A stretch of 64,000 nt of DNA from positions 24,800,001-24,864,000 of the forward strand of contig OX597821.1 of the NCBI GenBank assembly GCA_951406725.2. The letters run 5' to 3'. The translations under genes and the position numbers were made by a program. Origin of the DNA: Octopus vulgaris (taxonomy: Eukaryota). Shown here piece by piece: positions 12,705-24,939 of this stretch; the first letter of the stretch is position 1; the number at the start of each line of letters is the position of its first letter. The notes under the pieces are model-generated. The model was not told where the DNA came from and did no database searches. It worked only from the letters and a program-made list of their open reading frames with translations.

Positions 12705-12853
12705 GTCTTCACCACCACCCTCACCGTCTCCATGCCTACTATTACTCTCACCCCATCAGGAGGAATAGTAGGAGTGTCATTGAATAGTGAGAGAGGGAGT
12801 TTAAGTGTAACACAGTGATACACAGAAATAGGTTTCATATTTATTATATTAGA
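11535..12853 (-). mobile_element. Helitron-like element with tandemly duplicated ~490-bp 5' part
   Basis: Two homologous blocks (about 11915-12363 and 12460-12853), each starting TCTAATATAATAAATG on the minus strand; possible hairpin plus CTAG end at about 11535-11550. Confidence 0.45.
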
Positions 12854-12949
12854 TGTTTATATACGTTTATATGTGTGCGTGTATATATATATACATACAT
12901 ACATACATACATACATACATACTTACATACATACATGCATATATGTATG

Positions 12950-13017
<68 letters not shown>

Positions 13018-13033
13018 TGCGTATATACACATA

Positions 13034-14304
13034 CGAAGTGGTATCAAAAAGTTTCCTGACTAGTTCTGTAGCGCATCAACATGTGGCAGCACATGGTTGC
13101 GTGCGCAGTGACAAGTAGCAGTGACCTTCATGAGGCAGTGTGCCGAGTGGCATCGCTCTGTTTACTTCACAAGTTGTGAAATTTGTATTTTTGTGATCAC
13201 GTGCATGCTATGGTCTGCGATTTTTTGTCATGCACTAGAAGTCGGAACAAAGCACCAGCGTGAAATTTCGTGTTAAACTTGGGAAGTCTGCTACAGAGAC
13301 ATTGAGCATGCTTCAGCAAGCTTACGGCGACGAGGCAATGGGTCGTACGCGATGTTCCGAATGCCAAAGGTGCTTCAAAATCGAAAGAACGTCTCTGGAA
13401 GGCCTGCTATGCGCGTCACCACCGGAAGTGTGAAGAAAATTCATCAACTTGTGGATGAGGATCGTCGGAGGACAATTAACAATGCTTTGAAGCGTTTGAG
13501 GCAGGATCTTCAGCAAAGGCGACCGGATCTGTGAAGCACGAAGAAATGGATTCTTCACGACATCAATGCACCCTGTCACCGAGTTCTCCTCACTCGTAGG
13601 TTTCTCACCCATAACAACATACTATCGCTTCCGCACCCGTTCTATTCTCCAGATTTAGCACCTGCGGAGTTCCATCTCTGCCCTAAGATGAAAATGCAAC
13701 TCAAAAATCACCGTTTTAACCCCATTGTCAAGATAAGGAGCAAATCGCTGAAGGTACTCGACTCGCTTACGGAAAACGACTTCCGGCCCGAATTCCAAAA
13801 GTGGCAGGAACGCTAGGACTGATGTATTGCTGCGAAAGGAGATGATGTTAACACTTAAGTAAATAAGTTATTTTTTATTAAACACTAGCAGTATCGCCCG
13901 GCGTTGCTCAGGTTTGTAAGGGAAATAACTATAAAGCATTTTTAGAGAGTTATAGCCAAAATATAGCAAAAAAATGGAAAAAAAATGATGGTAAATTTTT
14001 TTTTGAGAGTAAAAAAAGGTTGAGTTGCGTCCCCTAGACAGTCTGTGGTTTGTTTTTTTTTATTCTCGACCCCATGTCGAATTTATCGATTTTTTTCAGA
14101 ACTGGGGGAACTTTTCAAAATTTTCGCTGCATTAGTTTTGAATTATGACATTGGGCTATGTGTGTGTCAAGTTTCATCAGAATCGGTTGAAAGCCGTGGT
14201 CAGGGTGAGGGTACGAGAAAACAGACACACAGAAACACGCACAGACAAACTGCCGTTTATATAGAGAGAGATAACAAGTCAGAGAACTTTTTGATATCAC
14301 CTCG
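13034..14304 (+). mobile_element. Decayed mariner transposon
   Basis: TIRs CGAAGTGGTATCAAAAAGTT / AACTTTTTGATATCACCTCG flanked by TA. Transposase remnants include VKLGKSATETLSMLQQAYGDEAM and YSPDLAP (13643-13663); frameshifted and internally deleted. Confidence 0.9.
13885..14271 (-). mobile_element. Non-autonomous Helitron nested in the mariner
   Basis: 5' TC..., 3' hairpin CCTGAGCAACGCCGGG plus CTAG, inserted between A and T; near-identical to 40022-40400. Confidence 0.85.
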
Positions 14305-14419
14305 TAGAAATACATACATACATACATACATACATACATACATACATACATACATACATACATACATACATACATACAAACATACATATATACATACATA
14401 CATACATACATACATACAT

Positions 14420-14614
14420 ACTACCTCCGAAACGCGGAGTAGACGAAACAGGGACAACTGAAGAAGGGGAATATTCCTTGTGTTGTATGTCTTGTACTCT
14501 GTTTTGTCGTTGTTTGATGTCCTGTACCTATATATGCATGTATATATACATATAGATGTAGGTATGTACATATATGAATGTATATATGCATATATTTATA
14601 TATTATTTATATTA

Positions 14615-14615
<1 letters not shown>
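14420..14615 (+). repeat. (TACA)n-embedded repeat family (second copy 41597-41930)
   Basis: Shared CTGAWGAAGGGGAATATTCC...GTCTTGTACTCTG...GTCCTGTAC sequence; half-hammerhead-like words CCGAAACGCG and CTGAAGA. Confidence 0.55.
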
Positions 14616-14645
<30 letters not shown>

Positions 14646-14899
14646 CATACATACGTACGTACGTACATACATACATACATACATACATACATACATACAT
14701 ACATACACACACACTCACAAACACATACACAGAGACCTTCATACATGTTTAAAAATATTATTATATATTTGTTGCATCAAGTGACTTTTATAAAATATTA
14801 TAAAAGTCACTTAATGTAACAAATATATGATAAACAAATTTTAAACATGCTTTACTTTTAATCTATAACCTTCGATTTGTATGGATTCTTTACCCTTGT

Positions 14900-14955
<56 letters not shown>

Positions 14956-15782
14956 TATGAATATATACATATTACAAATAGAGAAAATAGAGGGAAGAAG
15001 AAGAGGAAAAAAGAAGAAGAAGAAGAAGAAGGAGGAGAAGAAGAAGAAGAAGAAGAAGAAGAAGAAGAAGAAAGAAGAAGAAGAAGAAGAAGAAGAAGAA
15101 GAAGGAAAATGGTAGAGATATGTAGGGCGGAGAAAGAAGGGAAAGAAGGGAAAAGAGGGAGAGATTTAAAGAGGCCGAAATATCAAAGTGAATACCTCGT
15201 TGAACTATCTTAGTGTGAGTGATAGGGTCAATACATCTCCTGATTTTCTACTTTGTCCCACTTCATCTGCTTCACCACCCGAAATAGAGGCGGAGAGCGA
15301 GCTGATACCCCTTCCTTCCTCTCCTTTCTCTCTTTGTGTCTCTATCCCCTTTCTAGCTCTTCCCCCTCTCTCCCTTCTTTTTCGCCCTTCTCTCCCTTCT
15401 CTCTCTTCCTCTCTCGCTCTCTTTTGCTCTCCCACATCTCTCTTCTATTGCTCTCTTTTTCTCGTGGCTATATGCTCAAGGAGTTCGCTTCACCACATTG
15501 TAGTTCCGGGTTTGATATGGTTTCGAATCAACCACATTCGGCATCTACAACAAACTCGGTTTGGTTGACCAATGCCTTGGTAGATGGAAGCAATGCAGTA
15601 TCTCATCGTATACACACATATATATATATACCCATACACATGTATGTGAGTATATACACGTATAAGAGTGTGAGTCCGGGTGAATATTTGCATGCATATA
15701 GTCATATGTATATAGACAGTTAGTTAGATAGATAAATAGATATATTGATAGATAGATAGATAGATAGATAGATATGCATATG

Positions 15783-15836
<54 letters not shown>

Positions 15837-16146
15837 CACATATCTATATGCATACATACATACACTCACACTCACACACACATTTATATATGTATGTATG
15901 TATGTCTGTATATATATATATTTATGTATGTATATATATATATATAAAATATTATATATATATATATAAAATATTATATATAATATGATATATGTATATA
16001 TATATGTGTGAAGAGAGAGAAAAAGATACCTATACATATGAATATAGATATATAGATATACGGATATATATAATCACATACACTTCTATGTATATATCCT
16101 ATCAATAATATGGGGGAACATACGATCGATAGATAAACGGATATAC

Positions 16147-16228
<82 letters not shown>

Positions 16229-16730
16229 AAATGAGCGAGAAGAGGAAAATGAAGCTAAAAGGAAAAGAAAGCAAGAGAGAAAGAACAAGTCATAAAAGAT
16301 AAGTGCAGCAAGAAGGTAAGCTTGGGGAGATCGAGTAGATGGCAGGGGTGGAGCCATTGACACAGTTTCTGCTGGGGTTGGGGTCGGGTGCTTGGTGTAA
16401 AACCAAAGAAGCTGGAGACACAATAACCACAGTGTGGATGGTAGGGATGTTAGAAGTAGTGCGTTTGATGGAGATGGAGGCGTGATGGTAGGGTCCTAAG
16501 ATGGAATTACTAACAAAAAGGGGGTGGCCGATAGAGTTGTTTGTAAAAGAGATATCACTCGATCGGTAGTAGTAAAATAACCCCCTTCACAAGCCCCCCC
16601 CCCCCAGAACAAATGCGAGGGTCTCGAGTAATTTGTGCCCTAGAGGAAGAGATTACACGTATGCGCACACATACACATATGCACATTATATATAAGCATA
16701 CATATATATTTATGTGCGTACGTATATATT

Positions 16731-16762
<32 letters not shown>

Positions 16763-16844
16763 TATGTATGGGTGTGTGTATGTATGTATCTATATATGTA
16801 TGTATGTATACATGAATGAAAGTATGTATGTATATACATACATA

Positions 16845-16895
<51 letters not shown>

Positions 16896-16974
16896 GGTTG
16901 AAAAGGAACACACGAGTTGATATATATGGAAAAAAGTCAAGATAGAAAATGCTAAAATAATTTTATGAAAACCA

Positions 16975-17016
16975 TTTCAGTACCAGTTTCAGTTATTGAG
17001 ACTTTTTCAACTGTAA
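16975..17016 (-). ncRNA. Hammerhead-like motif (U3-A8 variant) in the Penelope 3' terminal region
   Basis: Minus strand TTACAG-TTGAAAA-AGT-ctcaata-ACT-GAAAC-TG-GTA-CTGAAA. Confidence 0.65.
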
Positions 17017-17177
17017 GTATGGAAAACAATTAAATTTGGAAAAATTAAAAGAAAAGGTTTTTTAAAAGAATATTTTTACAGTGTTCAAATACAAGTGGCA
17101 TTTTCCTTATTTCTGCCTGTCTCTGTCTCTCTTGTTTACTCTTGTGGGTTCGAGGTCGTTGTGAATTCTTGGTAGGG

Positions 17178-17402
17178 AAGAAGAAGAAGAAGGAGAAGAA
17201 GAAGAAGAAGAAGAAGAAGAAGAAGAAGAAGAAGAAGAAGAAGAAGAAGAAGAAGAAGAAGAAGAAGAAGAAGAAGAAGAAGAAGAAGAAGAAGAAGAAG
17301 AAGAAGAAGAAGAAGAAGAAGGAGGAGGAGGAAGAAAAAGCAGAAGAAGAAGAAGATGAAAATGCAGAAGAAGAAGAAGAAGAAGAAGAAGAAGAAGAAG
17401 AA
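17178..17402 (+). repeat. (GAA)n microsatellite (others at 14995-15105 and 24696-24783)
   Basis: Direct reading. It produces the spurious poly-K/poly-E ORF. Confidence 0.95.
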
Positions 17403-18309
17403 AGAGAAGGGAGAGTAAGAAGGAATGTAGGTAGTGTGAAAGTAGTAAGTTGTTAAATGTTCAAATGACTCAAAATTGGCACATTATGGATTATAGCAGT
17501 AATTGGGACTGTTTTCTAATGAATTCTTGGGAATCTCTTGAGTGTATCGTTTTTAATATTTGCGTGTGTTTGTGTTATTCTAAAGCCGTGGTCGATATGT
17601 CGTTTGTCGTAGACGCGTTCAAAAGTGGTCTGTATTTTGTAATAAAGAGAGTCTTTTCACTTATTCGTTGGCTCCAGGTTGTATCGTCCCTGAATTGGTA
17701 GAGGGTGGGAATTCTGAAGCTTGGATTTTTGTTTCTGGTGCAAATGTGTTGGCTGAATACTATTTTTTCTGTTTTGGGGAATTTTGATCTGGGATCTGTG
17801 CAGAACCATTCTTTTACGTAGACTGCATTTTGTTTGGCCTATGTATTGCTCTTGACACCCAGAGCAGGTTAGTGCGTATATCAGTTTCTCTGAAGCACAT
17901 GTGAAGTTGCTTTTCACTGTGAAACGTTGTCCCTGTTTGAAGGAGAACTCAGATCCCTCAATTAAATTAACGCATATCATACAGTTGAGTCTTCCGCATT
18001 TTTTTAGTGACGGCTTCTGTGTTGTTGAGCGTATTCGGGCTTGTGTTAGGAGACTTTTCATAGATTTGGGCTGTCTCTTGCTTTTTATGATGGTGTGTGT
18101 TTGGAGGATTGAGTTCATTCTGTGGTCCTTTTTTAGCAAGGGTATGTTTTGGAGGCTGGTGTTGAAGGCAACCTGGAGCCAACGAATTAGTAAATATACT
18201 CTCTTTATTACAAAATACATACATACATATATACATATATATATTTATTCACATACATATATATATGTATATACATATGTATACACACATACACACACAC
18301 TCACATACG

Positions 18310-18362
<53 letters not shown>

Positions 18363-18363
18363 G

Positions 18364-18486
<123 letters not shown>

Positions 18487-18487
18487 G

Positions 18488-18521
<34 letters not shown>

Positions 18522-18589
18522 AAGGTTAGCTTACTGGAAATATATATCAGGTAATAAATTTTCTCTCCGCCTTTTTAATCTGCACTGAT

Positions 18590-19610
18590 TTGCTGCCAAT
18601 TCAAAAGTTTTCCAGTTTCTTATTCATCACCTCCTTTATGCTGATGACTCTGACTTAGTCATCATACAGTGGATAACGTGCAAGTACTCATGAATCGTAT
18701 TTCTGCTTCGTTCAAGGCATTTTGGTTCAGCATTAGCTGTGCTAATGTTCCAGTATGCACCAGGAAATCCATATGTGGAACCAGCTATCTTAGTTGGAGG
18801 AACAATTATGAAAGTGGTAGACAAGTTTATCTACCTGGGCAGAACACTTAGCCGTTCTTGTTCCCTGGATGATGAAATATCTTTCAGACTACAGAGAGCA
18901 GCTGATTCCTTCCAGTCTCTTCAGTCTCGTGTCTGATCCCAGCATTGCATCACAAAGCAAACAAAAATTGTTGTGTACCGTGTATGTGTACCGACAGCGC
19001 TCTTTTACTCATGTGAGACATGGATCCTTTACAAACGTCATGTAAGTTTCCTTGAAAGCTTTCATCAGAGATGTCCCAGATACATTCTGAATGCTGGCTG
19101 GACCTTAAAAATTCCAGACACATAGGTCCTGAGGACAGCTGATATCTTGAGTAATTAGATGATGGTGCACAAGCACCGGTTACGTTGGACTTAACACCTT
19201 ATTAGAATGACGGATAGCAGGATCCCTAAGCAGACGATATATGGGGAACTTTTAATGGAAAAAGACCCCGGCAGAAACAAAGACTGCGATTTAAGGACTG
19301 TGCCAAGTCCTCATTAAAGGCCTGTGATATGCAGGAGACTGATTGGGAGAGCAGGTTAAGGAGGGGAGTCGTCACTTTTGAGAGAGCAAGTATTCTGCAT
19401 GAAGAACTTAAGCGTGTTGCTCGAAAGTGCACTGATGGTGTAGTGAATGGGGAAAGCTTGGTTTGCAATGTTTGCAGTGGTGTATGCTTCTCAAGAGCAG
19501 GGCTCATTAGATACCAACGGAGCCGCAAATGCAAAATATAAGTTGGTCCTAGGGTGCACAATGTTCCCGAAGGTCAGCAATGGTTTTTCTCGTTCTCAAG
19601 TGGACAGCCA
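18590..19610 (+). mobile_element. RTE-clade LINE, decayed RT C-terminal half
   Basis: LLYADD (YADD at 18637-18648), VVDKFIYLGRTLS, LDDEISFRLQRA, YSCETW and a C-terminal CNVCSGVC; stops and frameshifts. Confidence 0.85.
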
Positions 19611-19929
19611 TCATACAGACACACACATACACACGCACGCGCACATATACACACACACACACACATGTGTGTGTGTGCGTGTGTGTGTGCGTGTGTAAAA
19701 AAGGAAAGAATAAACAGAGTCAAAAGGAAGAGGGAGTGCGATTCGACAGCTTTTTAATGACCATTACACGTTTCGATTTAACAGATCCACATATATACAA
19801 GATTTAAATTTAAATCAAGTAACGGTGAACGAGCTCTATTTTGTACTCTAATACGTTCTTAACAGAATACACCTCAACTATATATATATATATGTATGTA
19901 TATATGTATGAATGTATGCATGTACTGTT

Positions 19930-21165
19930 CCATTTTTCTTTCTAAGTTTGAATAAAGCTTGATCGGCCACCTGCTTGATGTCAAGCTTGTGAAGGAAAGT
20001 ATCTTGTTTTCATCATCATCCTTTAAATCTTAAGAAGTTCTTGCAGGTTTTATAATCCCAAATATCGTTATCATTTGAGTGTTCTCTCCCCAAGAACCCA
20101 AATTCAGCCATACTTTGCTCTGGACGGTTTGGTATGTATTCAGTTGTTCCAAAAATAATAGATATGAAATTGAAAGTGTATCTTGGGTACTGAATTTCAA
20201 AACTCCTTAACAATGGTCCATAGATGCTCTCTTTTATATTTTTCTAACCACCGTTGGTGTCCAGAGAGCAGCTGATTTCCACAACAGAACATGCCTTTCC
20301 TTTGTTGTCCCGCACAACTATATCTGGCTGGTTGTGCTTTAACTTGGTGGCTGTTTTAACTTTTACGTTTAATTTTTCCTCCAATATTCTTTTGACCCAT
20401 CGGTTTCAGTATAGTCAGCTTCGTCTGTAGGTGTTTTCTTTTTTGTTTTCCTGTTCTAGATTGTTCAGGACATCGAATAATCCCCCATGGGAAGATGATA
20501 TATGGAAGATATTCTCTCGCAGTGGACAATAATGCGGCTGATGTTTTTAGTATTGGTCTTGCATAGCCTACACAATCTGTCGGTGCTCCATGCCAAACTC
20601 TTGACATAATCAATTTCTTCCTTGGTTTGTGTTTATCGAGACCTATGTAATATCTTTCCAGTGAACTGGTCCATTTTTTATTTTGTTCTTTTGATAAATA
20701 GGTTTTGCCAATGCGCTTTATGGAAAGATCTGTATCAGCTCCTATTTCACACCTCTCCTCAAGTTCCTTAACTATCCTAATTGTTATCGATCTCATGGCT
20801 ACAAACTGGGTAAGATAGTTACTGGTTTCTTTTCTATGAGGTAGGCGTTGTTCCAGCGTCACAATACGTGCTTCATATGACATCAATACAGATTCGAGAC
20901 CACGGCCCCCATTCCTTGCGTGGGAAGCATAGCCTGTCTACATCTTCATTGATGTTGAAGTTGCCTGTAATACTGAGAATATTGCGAGTCCGAACATCTG
21001 CTCTATTGAGTTCTTGTAGGGCAATATGATCGTTGTAAGCTGAGTTTTGATGACCATATTCTCTTTACACTCCTGAGGTATTCATTCCCAGTCCTATCCT
21101 TATTTATAGGTCCATCATATCTGGCATTCTCATCTTGTCCAACATATCTATAATTGTCACCTCAC
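19930..21165 (-). mobile_element. R4/Dong-like (RLE-type) non-LTR retrotransposon fragment
   Basis: Minus strand KTATKLKHNQPDIVVRDNKGKACSVVEISC at about 20270-20355 (PD..E/D restriction-like endonuclease motif); RT thumb-like remnants upstream. Confidence 0.7.
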
Positions 21166-21321
21166 ATTAAAGCTTGTATTGTCAACCGTTCATTTTTAGG
21201 CTATCAGAGGAAGGAACAACTTTCCCACGTTTTATTATCGAAAATGCACATTTGGACTCACCAAATTTCCTTCCATTCTCTGTAGAAAGTTGGGTAATGC
21301 GGTCCAGTTGTATGCGTGCGC

Positions 21322-21384
<63 letters not shown>

Positions 21385-22365
21385 TGTGTGTGTGTGTGTG
21401 TGTGCGTGTGTATTGGTAGGCAGGTATGTAGCTTGGTAGATAAGCAGGCAGGTAGATAGTTTGGTAGAATTCTTGATAGATAAATGGGTAGATAGGTAGG
21501 TGGGCAGGTTTGTGTACTAAAAGATTTTTCCTCTTCTTGTATAATTTCCACTTTTCTCTCGTTCTTTCAAAAGTCTTGAGCTCGAAACGTGAAAACTTTT
21601 GTGTGTCTCAAGACATGAAACTAATCAGTACAACTTATGTTATATTCTACTTTCGTTTTCAAGTTGTTATTTTCCCAATGATATTGTATTTTAGCTAGAC
21701 TTCCTATACACTCACACGGACAACCACTAGAGTACGATTAAACTTACAGGAAATGAATTTAACTGGATTTGAATGCTAGAGATAAACGAACGCTAAGAGG
21801 ACGCGGAGTGCAGCAGTAGTATTTATGCCAAAGTCCGCAACGGAGAGATAGAAGAACAGGTTTCCATTAGCTCTGGCTTTACTGTAATGGTGATCATTAA
21901 GATAAGAAAGAAATCCAAGTTGTCAGGGAAAACAATCTCCATCATCTTTGAGATGATAGAAGTGGGTGATAATTTAGTAACTGGGGGATCAGAAGGGTTG
22001 CACTCCTTGGAAATGGGTCATTTTTGTAAAAATCGAAATATAAGCATGTAGAAAAAGAAAGGAGAGACGAAGGTTGGAAGACAGAGTGATTGAAGAGTTT
22101 GGGCGAGGATATGAGCTAGCTCTTTATCTGGGGACAGAGGAATGGTTATTGACAGGCCATTGAATTAAGTGGTTTGGGGTGACCTGAGATGTTTTCACAT
22201 TTGACATGTATTTATATGTGGTTGATAGCCTGATAAAGAGTTTTGGAAAAGATCTACTTATTCTGTGTAGTGTACAACGGGATGCAAAATGGTCAGCAAA
22301 TATGAAAACAGTCTCGGTGGAAGTATTGCTTACAGAGCCATCAGCAGTGAAAAGTGGAGGGTATG

Positions 22366-22424
<59 letters not shown>

Positions 22425-22558
22425 GTGTCTGCCTTCCAATTGCTGTGTTTTTTACTGAGATCTCCCTTTTTAGTAGAAGAAATAGCTATAACTCTTTGAC
22501 TGCTATTTCTAAATTCGGACTGTGGTAAGGCAGATTCGTTGCTAAACCCTTTATTGCT

Positions 22559-22598
<40 letters not shown>

Positions 22599-22600
<2 letters not shown>

Positions 22601-23980
22601 TTCACAATGTTTCTTTATTGGCCACACAGGGCTGCACACAGATGGGACAAGTTACAAGGTAGAGCTTTTCTTTTGGGGATGAAGAGAACAAAAACAAAAG
22701 AAAAAAAAAGGAGTGGCGTAGGTTTTCGATCAGAGGGATCGTAAAAGGGAAGAAAAGAACAAAAACAAAAAAAAATTGAATAAAATAAAAAGAATAAAAG
22801 GAAAAAAAGAAAGGAAAAGGAACAAAAGGAAAGAGAAATGAGAAAAGAAGAAAAAAGGGGGAAAAAGGGGGAAGAGGAAAAAAAAGAACGATCAATAGGG
22901 ATCGTGTATCACAGTGTTATGATATATGGTGTAAAGGGGAAAGCAAGTAAGGTTTATCCGTGGGAAGAAAAGCCTACGAAAAAGACCACGGTAACCTTGG
23001 TCAATATTGTTATATGTTACCACATTTGTATGCAAGCGGGTAACCCTCTGTTTTCAATTTCTGGGTTCATAGGATTATGCTCAAGGTGGCTTCGTCATTC
23101 ATACGTGCCATCCTTGCTACATTCACCCATCTTTTTTTAAAACATTCGCTAGACAAAACTTGCCTCTCTACTCTCACTTTCCTTTTCAAGTGGTACTTGA
23201 AGAAGTTGATGAGAGATTGACCAGAGAGGAAAGTGTTTGTCTCCAATCCTTTCAGACGCGTCCACCAGATACATTCTTTCGCCATAGCCACAAGGATGAT
23301 GAAAATAGCTCTTCCTTCCCGTTTGAAAGAAGGAGGCGTGACAATATTGACGATGGACTCAGCTGATAAACCGACTCGTCCCACACGTGACAGCAGTTGT
23401 TCGACATAAGCCCACAGGTCGGAAATTGTTGGACACTGCACGAGTCGTGCAGAACGGTTTCGTCGCTCTGACCGCATCTCGGGCAGGTCGGCCCCGTGTT
23501 TCTCGAGCCGTGTCTGTAGAGCTTATCCTGAACGGGTAGCGCTTCTCGGTAGCACTGCCAGGCCAGGGATCTCTGGAAGTTGTCCATGGGCCCTGGCCCG
23601 AAAGTCGTCCTGAACAGGCGGGTCAGGTACTCCTCGTCGACGTCCAGGTTCGCTCCGAGCTCGTCGTCGTACCTCCCCTCCACTAATCCCCTATAGAATG
23701 CTTCGGTTGTGTTGAAGTCACTCAAGGTCGACCCGGGACGGCAGAGTTGCTTGAGAGCAACGCGACAAACCGACTCGTCCCACACGTGACAGCAGTTGTT
23801 CGACATAAGCCCACAGGTCGGAAATTGTTGGACACTGCACGAGTGCGTGCAGAACGGTTTCGTCGCTCTGACTGCATCTCGGGCAGGTCGGCCCCGTGTT
23901 TCTCGAGCCGTGTCTGTAGAGCTTATCCCGAACGGGTAGAGCTTCTCGGTAGCACTGCCAGGCCAGGGATCTCTGGAAGT

Positions 23981-23981
<1 letters not shown>
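22599..23981 (-). mobile_element. Tx1/L1-like LINE 3' end with internal duplication
   Basis: FQRSLAWQCYREALPV..DKL..CPRCGQSDETVLH..C zinc-knuckle region; GC-rich; AATAAA near the 3' end abutting (TA)n; 23766-23981 duplicates 23368-23581. Confidence 0.8.
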
Positions 23982-24061
<80 letters not shown>

Positions 24062-24479
24062 TGCTCTACTAAAATCTAGGAATTACTGAAGTTTCAGTTT
24101 CTGCAGCATCATCATTTGTGTGAGACGAGTTGCATGGGTCGGGAAGACTTGTGGGTGTTTAAGTCACTGAGAATGATACATGCAAAGAGTAAGGGTGGAG
24201 TTGCTTGGTATAGGTTGTCCTCGATGCAGAAAGAGATTTGATCGTTAGATTGGTGGTGTCTGGAGGAGGTTGAAGGCCAGTAGAGCAGCAGGTAATTTAC
24301 AGGTGTGGGAAAGAGAAAGCCAGAGTAAGTGAAAGTTCTTGTTGCTGATATCCAGGTGAAAGGGATGAGTAGCGTGATTGCGGAGTGGAATCTATATATA
24401 CGCAGACAATACCTTATACATCAAACATAAAAATATATACCCGTTTAGTCATGCAAATAAAGCCTCGGTAGCACGCGCG

Positions 24480-24545
<66 letters not shown>

Positions 24546-24753
24546 TATGTGTACATCTGTTTAAATAGAAAATATACATTCATTTCAGTACAAATATATA
24601 TACCGTTTTTATAATACATAAATAAACACCTGCCTAAATATCCGAAAACATTTTGTTAAGCCATAATAACCGTTTTAATATAGGAACATAACGGAGAAGA
24701 AGAAGAAGAAGAAGAAGAAGAAGAAGAAGAAGAAGAAGAAAAAGAAGAAGAAG

Positions 24754-24784
<31 letters not shown>

Positions 24785-24879
24785 GAAAATTCAACCCTCC
24801 ACTTCAAGCTTTCTAGTCATCGTATACATATAATATTCCAACAACACAGTCACACAAATATACGAACTTACGTGCGAAC

Positions 24880-24939
<60 letters not shown>

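Larger units (their letters stand above)
16892..18215 (-). mobile_element. 5'-truncated Penelope-like retroelement (GIY-YIG endonuclease remnant)
   Basis: ORF 17657-18220 has CGRLNCMIC...[36 protein letters not shown] (Cys linker plus GIY-YIG), frameshifted downstream. Inverted duplication 17633-17680 / 18170-18215; the 3' end abuts (TA)n. Confidence 0.85.

Noticed and set aside
17142-17456. Poly-Lys/Glu ORF
   Set aside because: Translation of a (GAA)n microsatellite.
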